DNA from: Candidatus Rokuibacteriota bacterium
Lineage (GTDB): Bacteria > Methylomirabilota > Methylomirabilia > Rokubacteriales > CSP1-6
NCBI GenBank assembly: GCA_016184305.1
Contig: JACPCX010000100.1
Coordinates: 1-16,373, forward strand
Length of the DNA stretch: 16,373 nt
Direction: 5' to 3'
This document shows, in pieces, positions 7,290 to 14,155 of this stretch. How positions within the stretch are numbered: position 1 is the stretch's first letter; every line of letters starts with the position of its first letter. The position numbers and the translations under genes were made by a program. The notes under the pieces are model-generated. The model saw only the letters and a program-made list of their open reading frames with translations, made no database searches and was not told the DNA's origin.

Positions 7290-8732
7290 CTAGCCGCGAG
7301 CCTTCCCGCTCGCCGCCGCGGGCAGCGCCCGCCGCGCCTGCCCGGTCTGCACGGCCGCGCGCGCGACCGCGCCGGCCACCGCTTCCGCCACCCGCTTGTC
7401 GAACACCGACGGGATGATGTACTCCTCGCTCAGCTCGCCCGCCGAGACGATGGACGCGATGGCGCGCGCGGCGGCGATCTTCATCTCGTCGTTGACCTGG
7501 CGGGCGCGCACGTCCAGCAGGCCGCGGAAGAAACCCGGGAAGCACAGCACATTGTTGATCTGGTTCGGGTAGTCCGAGCGCCCCGTGGCCATGACGCGGA
7601 CGATACCGTGCACCTCCTCGGGCATCACCTCCGGCGTGGGGTTGGCCATGGCGAAGACGATGGGGCTCTTGGCCATCCGCTTGATGTCCTTGGCGGTCAC
7701 GACCCCCGGCCCAGACAGCCCGATGAACACGTCGGCGCCCTTGAGGGCGTCGGCCAGCGTGCCGCGGACGACCTTCTCGTTGGTGTGCTCGGCGAACCAG
7801 GTCTTGATCGGGTTCATGTTCTCGGTGCGGCCGCGGTACAGCGCTCCATTGGTGTCGCAGCCGATGACGTGCTTGCATCCGACCGCCATCAGGAGCTTGG
7901 CCGTGGCGATGCCGGCAGCGCCCGCCCCGGAGAAGACGACCTTGACGTCGCTGATCTTCTTCTTGACCACCTGGAGCGCGTTGATCAGCGCGGCCAGCAC
8001 CACGACGGCCGTGCCGTGCTGGTCGTCGTGGAAGACGGGGATGTCCAGGTCCTTGCGCAGCCGCTCCTCGATCTCGAAGCAGCGGGGCGCCGAGATGTCC
8101 TCGAGGTTGATGCCGCCGAAGATCGGCGAGACGGCGCGCACGATCCCCACGATCTCGTCCACGTCCTTGGTGGCGAGGCAGAGCGGGAAGGCGTCCACGC
8201 CGGCGAACTCCTTGAACAGCACCGCCTTGCCCTCCATCACCGGGATGGCGCCCTTGGGCCCGATGTCGCCCAAGCCCAGCACCGCCGTGCCGTCGGTGAC
8301 CACGGCGACGCAGTTCTGCTTGATGGTAAGCGTGTAGACCTTCTGCGGGTCGTCGTGGATCGCCATGCAGACCCGCGCCACGCCGGGCGTGTAGACCATG
8401 GAGAGGTCGTCGCGCCCCTTCACCGCCACCTTCCCGCGCACCTCGATCTTGCCGCCAAGGTGCATGAGGAAGGTCCGGTCGGAGACGTGGACCACCTTGA
8501 CGCCGGCCACGTGGCGGAGGGCGTCCACGACCTGCTGCCCGTGCTTGCTGTCGCTGGCGTTGAACGTGATGTCGCGGATGACGGTCTCGGGCCCCATCTG
8601 CACGATGTCGATGGCCCCGATGTCGGCCCCCGCGCGCCCGAGCGCGGAGGTGACCTTGCCGAGCATCCCCGTGCGGTTCCGGATCTCGAGACGGACGGTC
8701 ATGCTGTAGCTGGCGCTTGGTGAGACCTGCAT
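7290..8732 (-). CDS. NAD(P)-dependent malic enzyme with N-terminal ACT domain
   Basis: ACT-like N-terminus (VRLEIRNRTGMLGKV), VYTPGVA, VVTDGTAVLGLGDIG, PVMEGKA, NLEDISAPRCF, FHDDQHGTA, GAGAAG, MANPTPE, TGRSDYPNQINNVLCFPG. RBS AAGGAGGA. Confidence 0.95.
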   Translation of the reverse strand: MQVSPSASYSMTVRLEIRNRTGMLGKVTSALGRAGADIGAIDIVQMGPETVIRDITFNASDSKHGQQVVDALRHVAGVKVVHVSDRTFLMHLGGKIEVRGKVAVKGRDDLSMVYTPGVARVCMAIHDDPQKVYTLTIKQNCVAVVTDGTAVLGLGDIGPKGAIPVMEGKAVLFKEFAGVDAFPLCLATKDVDEIVGIVRAVSPIFGGINLEDISAPRCFEIEERLRKDLDIPVFHDDQHGTAVVVLAALINALQVVKKKISDVKVVFSGAGAAGIATAKLLMAVGCKHVIGCDTNGALYRGRTENMNPIKTWFAEHTNEKVVRGTLADALKGADVFIGLSGPGVVTAKDIKRMAKSPIVFAMANPTPEVMPEEVHGIVRVMATGRSDYPNQINNVLCFPGFFRGLLDVRARQVNDEMKIAAARAIASIVSAGELSEEYIIPSVFDKRVAEAVAGAVARAAVQTGQARRALPAAASGKARG

Positions 8733-9090
8733 GGGCTCGCTCCTCCTTAAGGGTTTCTGCCGTGACGCTCGTGTCGCGGCGATGGTCGCCTATCGGCTCT
8801 CACAGGGGCTGGGACAGGCCTGATCGGACCCGCCGGAGCGAGGCGCTCCCTCGCCCTACGAGCACCTTCCGCCATCGCGCCGGCGTCCGTCCATGAGTCG
8901 TTCGTCTCATTTTCTCGTGGGCCGCAGAGGCCGGCGGGGGCTCCGGCTATCGGGTCCGGCCCAGGACGAGCTGCCCCTCGGTACCGCCCTTCTCGTCTTC
9001 TTGATCGGCCTCACCCGAACCGCCTCCCCGCGTGTCGCCGCGGGGGGCGTGCCGAAGGCAAGCCCTTGCCGGTTGAGCCAGGGTAGGCCG

Positions 9091-9096
9091 ATTGTA
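9091..9096 (-). promoter_or_regulatory. candidate -10 element TACAAT pointing toward the malic enzyme
   Basis: 5/6 match to TATAAT in GC-rich intergenic DNA. No convincing -35. Confidence 0.35.
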
Positions 9097-9146
9097 CTAC
9101 CGCCTGGCCTCTGCACGCTCCCCCGTCTGAGGGGGGCCGGCAGGGG

Positions 9147-9815
9147 TCACGGGCGGGAGCGGGACTCCCTGGGGCGCTCCACGACCAGAGCCGGTTCGGC
9201 CAGCGGCGGCCGTCGCCGGCGGCCGGCCAGGCGACGCACCCGGTCCCAGAGCCTCACCCCGAGCAGCAGCACGAGCACCATCGCGTACCAGTAGGGTTCC
9301 TGCACGCCCTTCTTGGCCAGCCACAAGTAGTGGAGCGCGGCCAGGACGCCGATCGCGTAGACCAGCGCGTGAAGCCGCCGCCACGCCCGCGCGCCGAGCC
9401 GCCTCACCATGCCCGCCGTCGAGGTGATGGCCAGCGGCACGAGCAGCGTGAGCGCCAGCATGCCGACCGTGATGTACGGCCGCTTCACGATGTCGGCCCC
9501 CATCGTGCCCCAGTCGAAGAAGTGGTCCAGCACGACCCAGACCGAGAAGTGGAGCGCGGCGCAGGCAAAGGCGAAGAGCCCGAGCAGCCGGCGCAGCGAG
9601 GCGGGCCACGACCACCCGAAGAGGATCCTGAGCGGTGTCATGCCGAGGCTCGCCAGCAAGAGCCTGAGCGTCCAGTCCCCGAGCGTGTTCGTGACGAAGC
9701 TGATGGGATTGGCCGTGAGGCTCCCCGCCCAGGCGCGCCAGAGGAGAAAGCCAAGCGGCCACAGGCCCACGGCCCAGACGCCCGTCTTCAGCGCGATCCG
9801 GGACCGCCGCGACAT
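9147..9815 (-). CDS. msrQ: protein-methionine-sulfoxide reductase heme-binding subunit MsrQ (YedZ)
   Basis: ANPI...LGDWTL...MTPLR, RRLLGLFAF..A.LHF, DIVKRPYITVG, LAITS, WRRLHALVY....LHY.W. Begins 4 nt after the msrP stop. Confidence 0.93.
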   Translation of the reverse strand: MSRRSRIALKTGVWAVGLWPLGFLLWRAWAGSLTANPISFVTNTLGDWTLRLLLASLGMTPLRILFGWSWPASLRRLLGLFAFACAALHFSVWVVLDHFFDWGTMGADIVKRPYITVGMLALTLLVPLAITSTAGMVRRLGARAWRRLHALVYAIGVLAALHYLWLAKKGVQEPYWYAMVLVLLLGVRLWDRVRRLAGRRRRPPLAEPALVVERPRESRSRP

Positions 9816-9819
9816 CCCG

Positions 9820-10616
9820 CTAGTAGTGCTTCTTGAGGTCCATGCCGGAGTACAGGGAGGCCACCTGATCGGCGTGACCGTTGAACGGCAGCGTCTTTCG
9901 CCGCCGGAACTCGCCGATGCGGCGCTCCGTGGCCTGGCTCCAGCGCGGATGGTCCACGGCCGGGTTGACGTTGGAGTAGAAGCCGTACTCCTGGGGGGCG
10001 GCCTTCTCCCAGGCCGTCTTCGGCTGGTCGGCCACGAGGCGGATACGCACGATGGACTTGGCGCTCTTGAATCCGTACTTCCACGGGATCACGACCCGGA
10101 CGGGCGCGCCGTTCTGGTTCGGCAGCACCTGGCCGTACATGCCCACCGTGAGGAACGTGAGCGGGTGCATCGCCTCGTCGAGTCGGAGCCCCTCGACATA
10201 GGGCCAGTCGAGGCTTCCGAAGTTGAAGAGCCCCTTGCGCTGGCCGGGGAACTGCTCGGCGTCCAGCAGCGTCGTGAACTCCACGAAGCGCGCCTGGCTC
10301 GTGGGCGCGACCCGCTTGAGCAGCGCGGCCAGCGGATAGCCGATCCACGGGATGACCATGGACCAGCCCTCCACGCAGCGCAGCGCGTAGACGCGCTCCT
10401 CGAGCGGGGCGAGGCGGAGAATCTCCTCGATGTCGAGGCGCTGGGGCTTCGCCACGAGGCCGTCCACAGCCACGCTCCAGGGACGCGGCCGCAGCGATCC
10501 CCGCCCGGGGCGAGCACGAGCGCGGCGGCCCCGGCCATGAACGCGCGCCGGCCGAGATAGAGCCGGTGGTCCGTGATCTCCGAGCTCGTGAATCCGCCGC
10601 CGCGCTTGATCAGCAT
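9820..10616 (-). pseudogene. msrP: MsrP (YedY) molybdo-catalytic subunit with internal deletion and frameshift at ~10500
   Basis: RBS AGGAGG plus MLIKR...[15 protein letters not shown] (Tat leader) in one frame. [10 protein letters not shown]...[13 protein letters not shown]...[16 protein letters not shown]...QNGAP...[12 protein letters not shown]...[10 protein letters not shown] is in another frame. The intervening segment with the YNNFYEFG motif is absent. Confidence 0.85.
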
Positions 10617-10639
10617 GGAAGAGCCTCCTGTGGAGCCAA

Positions 10640-10648
10640 AGTGTACCA
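10640..10648 (-). promoter_or_regulatory. extended -10 element TG-G-TACACT for msrPQ
   Basis: TGnTAnnnT located 23 nt upstream of the msrP ATG, leaving room for the AGGAGG RBS. Confidence 0.55.
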
Positions 10649-10722
10649 GCGATCCGGAGCTCGCGCTGTCACGGCGGTGTCAATTCCTGCGCCGCGTCAC
10701 ACCTCGGGGGCGCGTCACTATT

Positions 10723-10956
10723 CTTGAGGCCGACCAGAAGGCGGTGGAGATCCTGCGCGCGATGGGGCATGCCGCCCCGCGCCAGGCTCTCGCCCTGGCG
10801 CTCCGCGCCCTCAGCGCCGCGAGCCCCAGGCCCAAGGAAGATCCGGGCGGGCTACTCGCCAGCCATCCGGGGCTCGACGATCGGCTGGCCGCGCTGGAGC
10901 CGCTCGAGGCGCCCCTGCCCCTCGCCTCGCGCCCCGGCGCCGGCCCGGCGAAGTAG
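10723..10956 (+). pseudogene. M48-family metallopeptidase C-terminal remnant
   Basis: LEADQKAVEILRAMG...GGLLASHPGLDDRLAAL matches the M48 ExxAD...G...HP...R tail. There is no HExxH and no plausible start upstream, where the msrP promoter lies. Confidence 0.65.
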
Positions 10957-11397
10957 CACCACCCGCGTCCCCGCGATCCGGTCGGCGAGCCCCCGCCGCT
11001 CCGGCCCCAGCAGGAGCACCGTCGAGACAATTCCCAGCGTGAGCGTATCGAGCGCGCCCCCCAGCGTCCGGAGGAGCGCGCGACCATAGCCCGCCCTGGC
11101 GCCGTCCTTTCGCACCACCGCGATCCCGAGCGCCATCTTCCCCGGGGTCTGGCCGCAACCGCCGATGAAGGCCACGCGATAGACGAGGTGGAGCGCCCCG
11201 GCGAGAACGATCACGGCCACCAGCAGCACCAGTCCCTCGAGCGCATCGCGTCTGAGGCCGCGGAGCGCCCAGAGGCCGAGCACGAGCCACATGGCGCAGA
11301 CGGCGACGGCGGCGAGGCCGATCAGCGCATCGAGGAGCGCGGAGACCCCGCGCCGCCCCAGCCCCGCCGGCCGCCGTGCCTCGCGGGGCTCAGTCAC
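10852..11397 (-). CDS. RDD family membrane protein
   Basis: AGLGRRGVSALLD (R,D), GQTPGKMALGIAVV, RALLR, RRGLADRIAGTRVV. The GTG start overlaps the slt stop region (translational coupling). Confidence 0.85.
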   Translation of the reverse strand: MTEPREARRPAGLGRRGVSALLDALIGLAAVAVCAMWLVLGLWALRGLRRDALEGLVLLVAVIVLAGALHLVYRVAFIGGCGQTPGKMALGIAVVRKDGARAGYGRALLRTLGGALDTLTLGIVSTVLLLGPERRGLADRIAGTRVVLLRRAGAGARGEGQGRLERLQRGQPIVEPRMAGE

Positions 11398-13486
11398 GCG
11401 CTCGCTCTCCGTACAGCCGGGTGTACTCCTCCCACGACAGCATCACGCGCTTCACGAAGGCGCGCGTCTCGTTGAAGGGGATCTGCTCCACCCAGACCTC
11501 GAGGTCGTTCCCGCGGCGCGCCGCCCACCACTCGCGCACGCGGTTGGGGCCGGCATTGTAGGCGGCGACGGCAAGCCGCGGCTCGGCGAACTCCCGCAGC
11601 AGCCCGGCGAGGAAAACCGCCCCCAGCTCCAGGTTCGGGCCGGGCTCCTCCAGCATATCCCCGCCCTGAAAGGCGAGCCCCCGCTGCCGTGCCATTGGGC
11701 GCGCCGTTTCGGGCATGAGCTGCATGAGGCCGCGCGCCCCCGCTCGCGAGCGCGCCCGCGGATTGAACGACGACTCCTCGCGCACCACCGCGGCCACGAA
11801 GAGCGGGTCGAGGGCGGCCCGCGCGGCGGCGCCCGTCAGCTCTGCCCGCCAGCCCAGGGGATAGAACATCTCCCAGAACGTGCGCGGAAGCCAGGCATGC
11901 CCCGCCCGCGCCAGCCCGAGAAAGTCGCGCCGCAGGATCCGCAGAGCCAGATGGTGGCGCGCGTCCTCGGCGTAGGCGGCGGAGACGGCGAACAGTCGTA
12001 CGGGCTCGCCGGCCGCGCGCCGCGCCAGCTCGTCCATCTCGCCGGCGGCCCAGTCGGGGAGGCCCACCGCCCGGAGCGCCTCGACCTTGACGTAGCGCGG
12101 ATCGGCCCGGATCGGAGCGAGCGGATCGGCGGGCAGCGCCAGCGCCGGGCGGCCGGCCTCTCGCGTTGGAACGGGAGCGCGCTGCGCCAGGCGGCGAGCG
12201 GCCAGGACGCCGTAATAGGTCCGCGGCGCCTTCGCCGCCAGCGCGGTCCAGTGGCGCGAGGCTCCCTCCGTCTCTCCTCGCTCCTCGTGGGCGCGCCCGA
12301 TCCAGTAGTCCGCGGCCTCCCGGTAGGTCTGCCCCCCGCGGGTCGCCAGCAGGCGCCCCCAGGGCTGCGCCGCGCCCTGGTAGTTGCCCCGTAGCCAGGC
12401 GAGCCAGCCGAGCCGCCAGAGGGCGCGCGCGCCGTCCTCCGCGTCCGGATACTCGGCGCCGAGCTTGCGGTACACCACCTCGGCCTCGGGGAGGAGGGAC
12501 GTCGCCTCGAGGAGCTGTGCCTTGAGCCAGAGCGCCTCGGGTGCCTCGGCGCTCTGCGGGTGATCGCGCACGAGCTGATCGAGCGTCGCGATGGCAGCCT
12601 GCCGCGAGCGCTGCAGGAGCCGCGCCCGCTCGAGCAGCCACGGCGGGCGCCGCTCGGCAGGAGCCAGCCCCAGCGCGCGGTCCACCGCCCGCAGCGCCTC
12701 CTCGGGGCGGCCGACGCGCCGCGCCGCGTCCGCCACCACGCGGAGCGCTCGCAGAACGACGTCGCCCGTGACCCCGTCGCCCAGAATCGCCTCGGCCTCG
12801 ACGCGGGCCGCCGCGGCGACCCCCGCCGCGAGCAACCGCTCGGCCCGGTCGAGCCGGTCCCGAGGCGTCACGGGCGGCACGGTCAGCCCGCGATCGGCGA
12901 GGAGCCGCTCCTGCTTCGAGGCCTCCGCGGCATGGGGCGAAGCGGGCGCTCCGATCCAGATCGCACGGAGGAAGCGCAGCGCCTCGGCAGGCTGCCCCGT
13001 GGCAGCCAGGGCCTGGGCCAGCGCATAGCGCGCCCCTGCGCTCTCCGGATGATCGGGATAGCGGTCGAGGAACCGCCGATAGAGGAGCGCGGCGCCCGCA
13101 TCATCGCCTGTGCGCGCCGCCTCGCGCGCCGCCAGCAGCAGCGCGTCGTCCAGGAGCGGCCCGTCGCCGGCCTTCTCCGCCGCCTTCTCCGCCGCCTGCC
13201 GCGCGCCTGCCGCGTCACCCAGGCGCGAGAGACTCTCGGCCTGCAGGAACAGCACGTACTCGGTGATCGGCGTCGCCGCCGCGGCGATGACGGAGAGCTC
13301 GCGCGCCGCAGCCTTCGCCTCCCCGCCGCGCTGGAGCGCCAGGGCAGCGACGAGCCGATCGCGCCACTCGGCGCTGAGCCGGACGGGCGAAGCAGGCCCC
13401 GGCGTTCCGGCGGGAGGCTGGGCCGCCGCCCACGTGGCACTGAGTCCGAGCGCCGCGAGTGCGAGGAGATTGAGCCGCCGCCGCAT
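11390..13486 (-). CDS. slt: Slt70-like soluble lytic murein transglycosylase with TPR repeats and signal peptide
   Basis: Sec-type signal MRRRLNLLALAALGLSATWAAA, TPR-like repeats (FLDRYPDHP, LGAEYPD), and SLT motifs VREESSFNP..RS.AGARGLMQLMPETA, AAYNAGP, IPFNETRAFVKRV. Confidence 0.92.
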   Translation of the reverse strand: MRRRLNLLALAALGLSATWAAAQPPAGTPGPASPVRLSAEWRDRLVAALALQRGGEAKAAARELSVIAAAATPITEYVLFLQAESLSRLGDAAGARQAAEKAAEKAGDGPLLDDALLLAAREAARTGDDAGAALLYRRFLDRYPDHPESAGARYALAQALAATGQPAEALRFLRAIWIGAPASPHAAEASKQERLLADRGLTVPPVTPRDRLDRAERLLAAGVAAAARVEAEAILGDGVTGDVVLRALRVVADAARRVGRPEEALRAVDRALGLAPAERRPPWLLERARLLQRSRQAAIATLDQLVRDHPQSAEAPEALWLKAQLLEATSLLPEAEVVYRKLGAEYPDAEDGARALWRLGWLAWLRGNYQGAAQPWGRLLATRGGQTYREAADYWIGRAHEERGETEGASRHWTALAAKAPRTYYGVLAARRLAQRAPVPTREAGRPALALPADPLAPIRADPRYVKVEALRAVGLPDWAAGEMDELARRAAGEPVRLFAVSAAYAEDARHHLALRILRRDFLGLARAGHAWLPRTFWEMFYPLGWRAELTGAAARAALDPLFVAAVVREESSFNPRARSRAGARGLMQLMPETARPMARQRGLAFQGGDMLEEPGPNLELGAVFLAGLLREFAEPRLAVAAYNAGPNRVREWWAARRGNDLEVWVEQIPFNETRAFVKRVMLSWEEYTRLYGERARD

Positions 13487-13492
13487 GCCCTC

Positions 13493-13498
13493 AGTGTA
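13493..13498 (-). promoter_or_regulatory. -10 element TACACT 6 nt upstream of the slt ATG (possible leaderless start)
   Basis: Minus strand reads TACACT-GAGGGC-ATG. Confidence 0.45.
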
Positions 13499-13539
13499 CC
13501 CCTCCCCTCCCCACTCGGGGAGAGGGCGGGGTGAGGGGG
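13499..13539. repeat. REP-like extragenic palindrome
   Basis: Minus strand CCCCTCACCCCGCCCTCTCCCC-GAGT-GGGGAGGGG resembles the widespread CCCTCACCCC..CCCTCTCCC-loop-GGGAGAGGG intergenic palindrome. Inner stem CTCCCC/GGGGAG, outer stem CCCCTC/GAGGGG. Confidence 0.55.
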
Positions 13540-13555
13540 CTGCGGTGCGGCGGCG

Positions 13556-14143
13556 CTACCGGACGGCGGTGGTCCGCGCGGCGCGACGCGTGTAGAGGAT
13601 GCGCTGGACCGCCGTCAGGTGGGTGAGGCCGGCGAGCAGCGCCATGGCGGGGACAAGGAGGTTGAAGACGGCGCCCGCGATGAGCAGGATGAGGCGCTCC
13701 GGGCGCTCCATGATGCCGATCTCGCACGCGATGCCGATGGACTGGGCGCGCGCCTTGGTGTAGCTCACCATCACCGTCCCCACGAGGCCCGCCATGGTGA
13801 GGATGCCGCCGGCCGCGTCCCCCGTGCGCTGGTAGAGCAGCACGATGCCCAGGAGCACCACGAGGTCGGAGTAGCGGTCCACCACGGAGTCGAGGAAGGC
13901 GCCGAAGAAGGACTCCTGCCCCGCCAGCCGGGCCAGCGAGCCGTCGAAGAAGTCGAAGAGCCCGGAGAGCGCCAGGAGCGCGGCGGCGAGCCTGAGCCGC
14001 CCCTCGGCGAAGCTCCAGGCCGCGAGACACGACACCCCGAGCCCGACGACGGTCAGGTGATTGGGCTTGACCTGCGCCCGCAGGAGCAGGCGCGCGACGG
14101 GATCGCCGATCCACTGGATGCGGCCCTTGTACTGGCTCAGCAT
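13556..14143 (-). CDS. CDP-alcohol phosphatidyltransferase (PIP-synthase/AIP-synthase-like subfamily)
   Basis: PNHLT and the signature DFFDGSLAR......FGAFLDSVVDRYSD, then VSYTKARAQSIG...IGIMERPERL. Confidence 0.9.
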   Translation of the reverse strand: MLSQYKGRIQWIGDPVARLLLRAQVKPNHLTVVGLGVSCLAAWSFAEGRLRLAAALLALSGLFDFFDGSLARLAGQESFFGAFLDSVVDRYSDLVVLLGIVLLYQRTGDAAGGILTMAGLVGTVMVSYTKARAQSIGIACEIGIMERPERLILLIAGAVFNLLVPAMALLAGLTHLTAVQRILYTRRAARTTAVR

Positions 14144-14155
14144 CTCGCCGCCGGA

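Noticed and set aside
9004..9092. tRNA-Sec (selC) or glycine/cobalamin riboswitch, prompted by the size, GCCGAAGGCAA and nearby CTGCCCC
   Set aside because: No UCA anticodon loop, T-loop or CCA end. The other conserved riboswitch elements are absent or in the wrong order.
10678..10683. Perfect TTGACA (minus strand) as the -35 of msrP
   Set aside because: 32 nt from the TACACT -10, too far for a sigma70 pair. Treated as part of a direct repeat instead.
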